Assembly: GCA_951406725.2 (NCBI GenBank)
Contig: OX597819.1
Span: 36,084,001 to 36,148,000 of the forward strand
Origin: Octopus vulgaris
Taxonomy: Eukaryota
Reading direction: 5' to 3'
Length of the DNA stretch: 64,000 nt
The notes below the pieces were generated by a model, which searched no databases, was not told where the DNA came from, and was given only the letters and a program-made list of their open reading frames with translations. The position numbers and the translations under genes are program-made. Of this stretch, positions 40,252-51,280 are shown piece by piece; positions within the stretch are counted from its first letter, which is position 1, and every line of letters begins with the position of its first letter.

Positions 40252-40456
40252 CCCTTTAGCATTCAGATCACTCTGTCAAATGGAATGCGTATTTATTCAT
40301 ATTGGTTTGAATTAATCATGCATTATCTCATAGCTTCAAGATTTCTGTGATCTGATTGTTCATTTTTTTAGAATGATATTAAAGGGTAGATATGAGTGGC
40401 CAGTTTGAACAGGATGAATATTTGGACTGGATATGGCTGCTTTAAATGCGAAAGGG
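40252..40456. mobile_element. piggyBac-type MITE
   Basis: TTAA|CCCTTTAGCATT ... AATGCGAAAGGG|TTAA; intact TSD. Confidence 0.88.
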
Positions 40457-40959
40457 TTAAACCACTCTTTATTCTACATATGACATTTTAATTATGGCCT
40501 CTCATATACTCCGCACCACAAATGTCTTTACTCTAGTAACTTGCATTTCATCTCCTCCTCATAACTAAAAAAAAAAAAAAAAAGCCTTCCTTCCCCATTC
40601 TAAATTTCAAATGGAGAGATACTAACTCATGAAATGATTTATAACCACACACTGGCATCTGTGTGTTTGTGTGTGCATGTTACAAAGTGGAAGGAATGAT
40701 TATATACCATACACAATTCTATTTCAAATTAAGTATTAAACTGAGGTGTGGTGTCTTTGAACTGTTGACTTTCTGAAAGAAGTATGTTTGAAGGGAAAAT
40801 CATTATACTGGAATATATTTTTTGATTTAACTTTTTTTTTAAAGTCAACCATTCCAGCTGATTGTGAGTTTTAGAAACTCCTATATTTCTTTATTTAGAA
40901 TTGGAATTACTTGTCTAAAATAATTGCACTTTTCAAAAAAATTCAAGAAGTTATATTAA

Positions 40960-41190
40960 CCCTTTAGCATTTCAACAAGCTGTATCTGGTCAAAATATTG
41001 TACCTATTTTTAAACTGGCCTTATATCCAGTCTCTCACACTTACCTTATATATTATATTATATTATATTATTCTAAAAATGAGCAATCACATCATTGAAA
41101 TCTCAAAGCTATGAGGTAATGCATGACTAATTCAAATCAATTTGAATAAATAAGCATTACATTTGACAGAGTAGTCTGAATGCTAAAGTG
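40960..41190. mobile_element. piggyBac-type MITE, opposite orientation to the 40252 copy
   Basis: TTAA|CCCTTTAGCATT ... AATGCTAAAGTG|TTAA; the interior is the reverse complement of the 40252 copy. Confidence 0.85.
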
Positions 41191-42546
41191 TTAAGGCTAT
41201 TTATTCTGAAACTTTGATGCTTTTGTTTTGAGTTTCTATGAATAATTGTATTTTATAAAATAATAGGTTTAGTCCCTCCACTTTTTAAATGTGCCCTTGT
41301 CAGATGGCTACTTCATTGTGGCATTCCAACATAAAAATGGTCTTCACCACCTCTGTTAGATGTTGGCATAACAATACTGTGTGATAGCTGTGTCTGAGTT
41401 GGCTGAAAAAGCTACTTCCATTGTGGTGGAAGAGTATGGGCTCTTGACTAAAAGAGCAGTTTGTTGTGAGATAAGTTGCCAATAAGATTCTTGTTAATAT
41501 GTGTACATGTTGTTAATGTGTAAATTTGTTTGCCACTCTTGAAGTTTACACCAACCGAAGACTGTTAACATCTTTAACAGTGTTTGCACTTTGGATTTCA
41601 CACACACTCACTCATTCACTCTTCAAATATTTGAAGCCTAATCATAAATTGTTGTAAGTTCCACACTAATGGTTCTTAGCATTCCAGCATTAAAATGTAT
41701 AACAAACAAAACTTGACTACAATTACACAAAAGTTCTGGGGAGAATTAGCAAATATTATTGCCAGGAATGTTGTACAAGTAATTCCTCAAATCTTGTCTT
41801 TGGCAACATGACAGTTCTAATACTACTAATAATGATGATGATAATTTTTAATGGATAGAAACCAGATTTTTGACACATAATTGTGACAAAAATTTGCTAA
41901 AAATTGTCTTGGAAATGAGGGTATCAAAATATAAAGAACATTGTTCTAATTTTTGTAATTGGTTTTCCAGTTGTCTTCAGAAGAACCAGGCCAATAAAGT
42001 ACTAAGTTTAGTTGGAACATGAAGACATGGGAGTCCATGATCACTGATGCCTGTATACAGTAAGCAAAAAGAGGCCATTTCATGGACTTTTGTAAAGTTT
42101 TGACTTTCTTGGGAAAAGTGGGCATGTAAGAGCATGGACATTTGTTTTCTCAACTATAATTTTGTCAAGAATCCATTTTTGACCTCCAGATTAGCATATT
42201 TTGAAGATTTGAGCTGGGGTTTTTTTTTATATTATGACACTTTGTAGACTGCACTTTTACAAATTAAGGGGAAATAGAACATACAAATATATCTGGTTTT
42301 CACATTGAAGTTATTCAGTAGTTTAGCACAAAAGCTTACACTTTGTAATAAGTGTATAATCTATTTTTTTCTTTTGTAATGTAATAACATAAGTTATACA
42401 AGTAGGCAGAAAAAGACAAACTGATGTTTGTATCAGTCTTCGTAAGAGAGAAATTCAATTCAAATGTATCTCTAGTAATTTTGAAAGAAGAATGTTGCAG
42501 TTGGATGGTTGTAGTTATTTGTAGCAGTTTTTACAAAAAGAATGCA

Positions 42547-42897
42547 TGTGGCTGTGTGCTGAAAAGCTTGCTTCCCAACCACATAGTTTTGGGTTCTGTC
42601 CCACTGTGTGGTACCTTGGGCAAGTGTCTTCTATGATAGCGTCGGAGTGACCAAAGCCTTGTGAGTGGATTTGGTCAACAGAAATTGAAAGAAGCCCATC
42701 GTGTGTATGTGTGTCTCTTTGTGTCTGTGTTTATCCCTCCACCATCACTTGATAACTATTCTTGGTCTTATCAGTTTGGCAAAAGAAACTAATAGAATAA
42801 GTCCTGCGGTCAATTTCTTCGACTAAAAAAAAAAAACCTTTTAAGGTGGTCCTCCAACTTGGCTGCAATCAAAATGACTGAAACAAGTAAAAAGAAT
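42547..42897 (+). mobile_element. tRNA-derived SINE family 1
   Basis: Head, ccttgggcaagtgtcttc core and tail present. Confidence 0.85.
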
Positions 42898-44067
42898 CAA
42901 ATGATGCCATTAAGCAGCAAATAGAATATTGAAATGGAATGCTTCTTGTAATTCCTGCAGAACAGGACTTTAGAAATAGAATTGGGTTTATATTTTGTTT
43001 GTACTGGTACAGATGATGATGATGATAGTTACTCACTTAATATTGGTAAAATGCTTCAATTCTTTATAATTCTAGGATAAAAATTCAGTTAGTTTATCAT
43101 TGTTGGTTTCTCATGAATAACATGTGTACAGAATACAAGAAATTAGACTAATGTAATCATAGATTTAATTTTAACCAAGTATTTTTTTATCATAACTTGG
43201 TTAAGAATATTGTTATGATAGTGTTTGAGAGCTTTGTTGAAAGTGTCTTTCTAGAGTGTTGTGAATGTTAAATTAAATTTAAAGACTAAAAGTAGCTGAT
43301 TACAGGAAGTTCAGATTTTTTGGCATTCAGCCAGTATTTTGAGAACCATAATATGAAAGATCACATCTATGTTAAGCATTATCGAAGTATCTGTGCTGGC
43401 CTTTATCTGTTCATTTGAACAATCCTAAATACCTATTGGCCACAGAAACCCAGATACACTGAGGAGTCAATGATATAAATTTACATGAATTAGCTAGCCA
43501 ACTCGATGAATCTGGTTTGGGGACTTGTAACAAATTGTTCAAAAGATTCAGAACACATTTAGGGTAAAAGACTAGTCAGATTGAAAATTTGAAAGACATG
43601 CTCATCAAGTTTTGATTGACTCAGCAATGGAAACATCCATGGTGCAAAAATTGCAGAGTAAAAGGACATTCCATAAGTTACTGATCCTTTGGATAGAAGG
43701 AAGAAGGGCTTTTGAAAGAGGTAGATGCCTTAGTGAATCATTAAATCAAAATCAAAAGACTAAATATGTTATAAATTTTTGATATAGTTTTCTGCATTAT
43801 AGTTCTCATTGTTGAGTAAATTTTCTAGATTAATTTTGTAAAATATGGATAATCTATGATACACATTTTATTCATTAAATCCGTCTTATTGACTTCACTT
43901 CCTTATTTTGTTATATTATTGCTGTCCTCTGCCCTACCATATTCCCATGTCACTTTAAAAAGTAAAAAGCTCTCAAAAAGATATTGTTGGTATATTCAGT
44001 ATAAAAATGAAATTAACCAAAATTTGACAAAAATTATAAGAGGGTAAGAGTTGAAGAAAAAGCATAT

Positions 44068-44122
<55 letters not shown>

Positions 44123-44805
44123 CAAAGGGTAGCATTTTGGAGTCTGATAGTTAAGCATATGTCTTGAATTTTCCAAATCAAATAGACTTTGGTTGTTGCT
44201 CTGTGCCATTTTTTCATAAAGTTACCAACTTATGGAAAACACCATAAAATTTGAGTAGATTTCACCAAACTCCTTTTCTTTCTTTGGATGGATAAAATCA
44301 TTTTTTTGTTTTCCTCTGAAATTTTCAAGCCATTTTTTCATGGTAAGAATTTTGCACTTCCCACACCATTAATTTGTGCATATATCCAAACTTCAAAATG
44401 CCATAAAACTCCCTTAAAATTGAGCTTTTGGGCTATTGTTTTTTTAATATTTTAAAATTTTTATTTATTTATTCTTTTTGGTGATACCTCAGATATTTAT
44501 TGTAGTTTTCAGAAATTACAACAAAACATACAATTGGAGACTTTCAGTGTTTTGAAATGTCCAGCCTTGGGCACTCACTGCTGTAGGTGTTGCACATGGG
44601 AAAGAGAAAAATGATAAAAGAAAACAAACTCTTTTGACATTCCAAAGTGTAGCATTTAGATTCATTGCTTTTCTTTAGAAAATGAAATTTAAATAATTTA
44701 CTGTTAGAGTAATTGTGTTTTCTTATAATGTAGGATTTTTTTTAATTCTATATTTTACTGCATATGTATACTTTCATTTAGATATACATCTTATCCATGC
44801 TAGCA

Positions 44806-44931
44806 TCAACCACATGGTTCCAGGTTCAGTCCCACTACGTGGCACCTTGGGCAAGTGTCTTCTACTGTAGCCTCGGGCCGACCAAAGCCTTGTGAGTGGA
44901 TTTGGTAGACGGAAACTGAAAGAAGCCCATC

Positions 44932-44969
<38 letters not shown>

Positions 44970-45168
44970 ATGTGTGTATATGTTTGCATGTCTGTGTTTG
45001 TCCCTCCCAACATCGCTTGACAACCAATGCTAGTGTGTTTACATCCCCATAACTTAGCGATTCAGCAAGAGACCGATAGAATAAATACTAGGCTTACAAA
45101 GAATAAGGCGGTGCTCCAGCATGGCCACAGTCACATGACTGAAACAAGCAAAAGAGTAAAGAGAGTAA
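44806..45168 (+). mobile_element. tRNA-derived SINE family 1, slightly 5'-truncated
   Basis: caaccacatggttccaggttcagtcccact... through aaagagtaaagagagt. Confidence 0.9.
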
Positions 45169-45216
45169 ACAAAACAAATGATGAGACAGAGTTAATGCTT
45201 TGAAAAATCTTTATAA

Positions 45217-45382
45217 GGCGCAGGAGTGGCTGTTGTGGTAAGTAGCTTGTTTACCAACCACATGGTTCCAGGTTCAGTCCCACTGCGTGGCACCTTGGGC
45301 AAGTGTCTTCTACTATAGCCTCAGGCCGACCAAAGCCTTGTGAGTGGATTTGGTAGACGGAAACTGAAAGAAGCCCGTCGTA

Positions 45383-45415
<33 letters not shown>

Positions 45416-45640
45416 GCGTGCGTGTGTTTGTGTGTCTGTGTTTGTCCCCCTAGCATTGCTTGACAACCGATGCTGGTATGTTTATGCCCCCGTTACTTAG
45501 CGGTTCGGCAAAAGAGACCGATAGAATAAGTACTGGGCTTACAAAAGAATAAGCCCCGGGGTCGAGTTGCTCGATGAAAGGCGGTGCTCCAGCATGGCCG
45601 CAGTCAAATGACTGAAACAAGTAAAAGAGAGTAAAGAGTA
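45217..45640 (+). mobile_element. tRNA-derived SINE family 1, full length, young
   Basis: ggcgcaggagtggctg..tggtaag (A-box), ggttcagtccc (B-box), CORE-like ccttgggcaagt, (TA)n/(TG)n, purine-rich tail. Confidence 0.92.
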
Positions 45641-46649
45641 TAACAGTTTTTCTTAATAAAAGAATATATGCTTTTTTTATCTCCACTGAAGACTGATAAT
45701 ATGATTAGAATAATAAAAAAGAAAATACTTTTCTGTTCATTGGTGTGTTTGAAATTGATCTGTAACTAAGAAGTTAGAATTAATGCACTAAAATACCACT
45801 GTAGAAAGATTATGTTGTTGTTAGGTTTAGATCTTGCTTCAAAGACTAATTATTAAGGGCTTTTATTTAAGGAACATTAGAATTAACTAGCCTAATCATT
45901 CATTGCTTTTATATATCTGACTATTCAATCAATACTAGTTTTGGAAACCAGTAATTAAATTTACAATGTTGATGTTAACATAATTATTAATGCTAACGAT
46001 ATGTGGTTAATTTTTTTTCTTGTGATACTTCTTACTATTTTTGCATTGGGGAATAGCTTGTGAAGTTTGACTTTTACATGCCAATATTGTTTATGAGTTT
46101 CAAATTGAAATTCAAAACAACTAAATCACCAGTTTGGTGTGAGGCCTAAAGTTTTATTTTATTCTTTTAATGGTTTGGTCTGGAGGAAGGAGTTGTATCC
46201 TAGGTTGTTACAGTCTACTCTGAAAGTGGTTACTCTAGCAGTTGTTACTGAACAACTGTAAGATAATGATTGCAGAGAAAACATGTACATGGAAATTCTA
46301 GAGGGAGAATGTTGTGGGGAGATAGTATATGAAATGGTTAGTGTAAATTGGGTGTGTGTATGGATATAATATGGGTTGTGTGATGAAAGACATTTTATCT
46401 TTGATAACTAAAGTAAAATAAAAATATAAATACTTCAAAATTAAATGCTTATGCACCAAATTTGATTGATGTATTATTTTAGTGGTTTAGATTTCTTTGA
46501 ATACAGGGAATTCCTGGTGAATTATAAAATTGTTTGGATAAGATAGCAATTACATAGCTAAAGTTAATTTGGCTGAAAACACATACTATGGCAAAACTAG
46601 AAAAGCGCTCGGAGAGCACAGACCTCTGCCGACCCAGAAGGAGCAGCAC

Positions 46650-46990
46650 TGTGACGACGATGACGACCATCACCACTACCACCATATCACAATCACCACC
46701 ACAACCCCCAACATCAGCAGCAGCATTGTCATTGCTTCCACTTCAACCACATTCACCACCATCAACGTTATCATGACAGTTACCTTGATAGTCACTTTCA
46801 CCACCACAACCAGTGTAACCACTACAATACCACCATCACACAACTAACACTATCATCAACGCCAATTTTACCACCATCACACATTACACTGCTCCTGTCG
46901 CCATTATAACCACCAATACTATTTTATCCTCCTCCCACACTTATCTCGACCATCGTCATCATCAATACTGTCTCTGCTTTCACCACAATC
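46650..46990. repeat. Degenerate (CAC/CAT)n low-complexity tract
   Basis: Runs of accaccatcac-type triplets; all frames give low-complexity translations. Confidence 0.85.
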
Positions 46991-47544
46991 AGTTTCTTTA
47001 CACAGTTGAAAATCCATTATCCAAACCTCATGGGACCGAGATTGTTTGAATGCTGTGAGGTCACTTTCCTCCTTTATGTGTGTCTGGCATGATGTTGAAG
47101 AGAGCTGGGCCAATTGAGGTGAAATAGTTCTGTCATAGTATTGTGATATGACACGAACATTTCTGTAGTGGACAGATTGCATGGGAGCCAAGTCTCAGAC
47201 GAATTTTAAAGATAGGCAATGTTGATGGAATATTTTCCACATCATACAGATGATGCAGAGCTCACAGCGGCAGTGGAGGGAGCAAAGCCTGAGCTTTTTG
47301 AGTTGATCCTAATAATCAAGGCTTGTCATGTCATCCTCCGTAGACCTCTGCCAAGCAGCTTATTTTAAGATAGATATGTGAGTAAAATTACTAATAGAGA
47401 AACGAAAATAGACTTTAGAAACAGCAACGCCACCATAGGTTATGTGGAAACAATGAACTTGTTTTCAAGGGAGATAATCAAAGAACGTAACATTGTAATA
47501 CTTCATGTAAAGTAAATATAACAAATGAAAAATCTTTCAAGAAT

Positions 47545-47724
47545 CTATAAAAATTCCCAGATCACTACCAAAACTTCATCAGCTGTTCCTTGTGTCATTA
47601 CCAACTTTTCCTGCAAGTTTCATCAAATACTGTTCACAACTTTTAGAGTTATTTTGCACACAGACGGACAGACAGACAAACCAACGCAAATGAAAGCATA
47701 ACCTATTTCCTTAGCGGAGGTAAA
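47545..47724 (+). mobile_element. Helentron-associated (HINE/DINE-like) element 3' part
   Basis: aagtttcatcaaat..., (GACA)n microsatellite, terminal acct...ccttagcggaggtaa stem-loop. Confidence 0.55.
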
Positions 47725-47861
47725 TATTCTGAAATCAGAATTTATACATTACTCATCAAGTATCGACTCTTGTGTATACTTTGGACAAATGAATGTAGAA
47801 CTTAATAAGCTCTATATTTCATGGTTTTCCAAAGCATTTATTGCTTTAGTAAGCATTTGTA

Positions 47862-48096
47862 CAGTAATCCCTTGCCATATCACAGTTCACCTATCGCGCA
47901 TTCAGCACGTTGTGGTTCACCTATTGTGCACTCAGTACCTCACGGATTTTTCTAGCTAATATATGTAAATTTATATCATGGGCTCCTCAGTATATCTGAG
48001 TTTCTGTGGCCAATAGTTATTTATATTTTTTTAGATTTTAATTATTTCTGTGGGAGGTTTTAGAATGCAATACCCGTGATAGTTGAGGGATTACTG
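47862..48096. mobile_element. Tc1/mariner (pogo/Tigger-like) MITE
   Basis: TA|CAGTAATCCCT ... AGGGATTACTG|TA. Confidence 0.85.
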
Positions 48097-49869
48097 TATA
48101 TGTTTTGATTAATGAAATCCTCAGTGTGAACTGCTTGTTGGGTTTTTCACTGTAATATTTTTGTTGTATAAAGCTTGTTTGTGTGTGCATGCATACAAAC
48201 ACACACACTTTTTTTTAATAGTCATTGTTTCATTAAGGCATATGAATTCCGAATTTAGTTGTTTGTATAACTTTTGAAATTGTAGCTCCCTAACAATTGT
48301 ACAAATGCCAATGAGAGAGGTATGAGTTGCTTGCTATTAATTACTGTCATAATTATTACAATGAATGGATTGTTTTCCTAAAATTTTGTTGTATACTCTC
48401 TTTGTTTAAACTTCCTTTCATCTCATGAATTTAAAGGCGTAACCATTGACGTCAAACATTTATGTGATTTAAAAAATTTTTTTAACCTTTGGGATTTATT
48501 TGTCCTCAAGATAAATATTATTATCAAAGATAAAATAATGTTGATTACTGATCATATTCAATGCTTACATTGAGAGAGAGAGAGAGAGAGAGAGCGAGCT
48601 AGCCTACCTACATTGATATACTCTTAAGTCACGGGGTATAAAAAGAAAAAAAAATTTAGGACGGGAACATGGGAAGATGTTGAAGGTTGATTTCAGAATA
48701 CTGGACCTCAGAATAGAGAAAATAAGGGACTTCAAAAGTTATGAAACATTGTGATGAAGCAGGCCTGTTCAATCCTTGGAAAAACAGATGTATAATCTGG
48801 AGGAAATAATGTAAAGTGTGAAGGAAATGGTTTTGAGTTCAGAATTAGGACAAAGTAGTAATTTTCTAAATATGTTTAATATATGGGACAGAAACATCTA
48901 AAAGAATAAATATGAAAGGAATTCTAGCTTGTAAATTCAAATCCTGACAGTGATAGCTCAGCCTCAAGCAAGGTTGGTTGTACTTATTGGTGAGAAAATA
49001 GCTGTATACAACTCCAAATTGATATGAAAGGTTATAATTTTCCTTAAAATAGATAATAAAGCACTTATTTGATATTGTATTACATATATACTCAAGTCAG
49101 CAGGAGTTTATCAGTGTTTCTATCACATTGTAGTTTTTACACACACACACACTGGCAGGTATGTTGTTATAACAGTCAACTTAGGTATGCAAGTCATTTG
49201 TTCCAGAAATGTTTCTCTCATTATGTCTGCTGCACATATTAGCAACAAACACACACACACACATAGGTCAATCAAAAAGTGACATTTGTTATTGTTACTA
49301 ATAAATAAATCTATTTATCTCTTTGAACTAGTGGTGTTAACATTTTATACATGACTTTTAAAGTTGAGATAGTATTTATACTTTTTGTGTCTGGAGCTGG
49401 TGTTAAGATAATTTACTCTAATATCTGTAAAGTGAAAAAGAAATGTTTAAGCTTTTGTGAAATGAATTGTTTTATATATTCATTCATTTTTTGTGTGTGT
49501 CTCTTTTTTTCTTTTTTTTTTTTTTCATGTCGGCATGGGTTGCAAGGATATTTGAGGCAGCATTGCCAATTGTCACTAGTTTTCCAAAGAAGAGATTTTT
49601 TTTCTTATTCTACTAAACTTCAAAAGCTCAGAACTGTATAACATATTAATGATACAGAAGGGAAACATGACATCATGTTTTTGCTCAGATGGTGTCCTGC
49701 AAAGATGTGGAATCTCAGCATTCACAGGCAAACACAGTATACACAATGGGCTTTCTGTCTACCAATTCCATTCATATATCAGTAGAAGACACTTACCCAA
49801 AGTTCCATGCAGTGATATAGAACATGAAGCCATGTGGTTATTCTAGCTATATATATATATATATATAAT

Positions 49870-50140
49870 CTTGTTTCAGTCATTTGACTACAGCCATCCT
49901 GTTTTGCTGAACTTCCAAGTTATGGAAACATAAACAAACCTACACTGATTGTTAAGCTCTGGTGAGGGACACAAACACAAAATCACACACACAAAGGTAC
50001 ATATATATGATGGGCTTCTATCCATTTACAAGGCTTTGATTAACCTGAGGCTATAGTAGAAGACACATGCCCAAGGTGTCACACATTGGGACTGAACCCA
50101 GAATCGTGTGGCTGGGAGGCTAACTTCTTACTACATATCA
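49870..50140 (-). mobile_element. tRNA-derived SINE family 1 (diverged)
   Basis: cttgtttcagtcatttgac ... gggactgaaccca. Confidence 0.75.
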
Positions 50141-50954
50141 TTCAGCAATTCACTCCATTACTACTTTGAGTTTCTTTGTAAGTGGAAAGATAAATGTATA
50201 AAGTGAGAAACTGAGTAATTATAGAATGAATTTTCAGTTTCATGCTTCACATACTTTTTCTTTTGTCTGTATTTCATAAACAATAAAAATATGAGATTCT
50301 AATTTACTAAATGCTTTTACATCCATTTTCCCCATTCAAGCATGGTTTTTATTGCATGGCCATAGTCTGTTGGCTGAGTCCAGCAAAAGTGTACTTGCTC
50401 CCTTTATTTTAAAAATTACTATCACTTTGTAATTGTGACTTTAAAGAAATTAGCACTTCTTTCTGCCTATTTTCTTCACTCTGTGACTTATGTTGCTGCC
50501 CAGTTCATAAATTTATGAATATGGTGAACACTTCTGGTGAAAAATAGCTCGCTAAGACTAATTATGATGCACCCTGTGGGACGTATGGGTGTGTGTGCAT
50601 AATCAACTACATTTTCATTTAGCTATCAAAAACTAAGCCCAGGTTTGACTTTCTGCCAAACCAAGACTTAGAGAATTGCACAGATGAAAGAATACTTGTT
50701 GTGCTCTTGGAATTTTCATGAAGCACATACCAATTGCATGTGTCATGTCTTCCTTCTAAAGTTTCATTGTTAGTTTTTACTACAGAATTATTCTAGTGGA
50801 AGTTACCAAAGGAATTATGAATGAAAAGTAAATTACTCCCAAGATGCATACGGATATCCACTTGGCAGTCAAAAGAGTCAGACAAATAGCTTTTGTAGTA
50901 ATCATTTTACCCTCTATACTATTGTTGCAAGTAGCTATTTTAGCCATTTTGGAA

Positions 50955-51280
50955 TAAGGCGCCAATTGGTGGTAGCTGGCAATATGACGTTATGTCACAT
51001 TGCCGAAGGATTATTATTGTCGTTGCTTCCATTGGTTAATATAACTGCTCATATAAGGATTCTAAAAAGTTACGTAAAGAATATTTGTAACGGATTTCGA
51101 TTCTTTTAAGTCAAGTTGAGCAGTTATAAAAACCCTGGATTTTGGGAAAAACTTTAGTTTTTGTTGAATGTAACTGAACTCCACGACACTCACTCCTTTG
51201 AGACATTGGTGATTTTCATGCCATGTCCAAAGGAAAGCCGACTAGTCTATTTTGAATTGTTGATTCACTGTGAGGTCAGT
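50955..51280 (+). promoter_or_regulatory. Promoter- or enhancer-like CpG-retaining island
   Basis: CCAAT (50962), TGACGT (50985), ATTGG (51031), TTACGTAA (51070), TATAAA (51125), possible donor GAG|gtcagt (51274/51275); several CpGs in otherwise CpG-poor DNA. Confidence 0.4.

Noticed and set aside
44300-44350. Possible UGCG exon 1 donor (TG|gtaaga); a similar site is near 52900
   Set aside because: The 44342 site has an in-frame stop just upstream, and the 52900 site does not resemble the UGCG transmembrane segment.
45217-45290. tRNA gene
   Set aside because: It has A/B-box-like motifs but is the head of a multi-copy SINE and does not form a full cloverleaf.
44774-45686. Recurrent ORFs such as LLSVSVYQIHSQGFG...EDTCPRCHAVGLNLEP
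   Set aside because: These are antisense translations of family-1 SINE copies.
46569-46847. His/Thr-rich ORF
   Set aside because: Degenerate trinucleotide repeat that is low-complexity in all frames, with no convincing splice sites.
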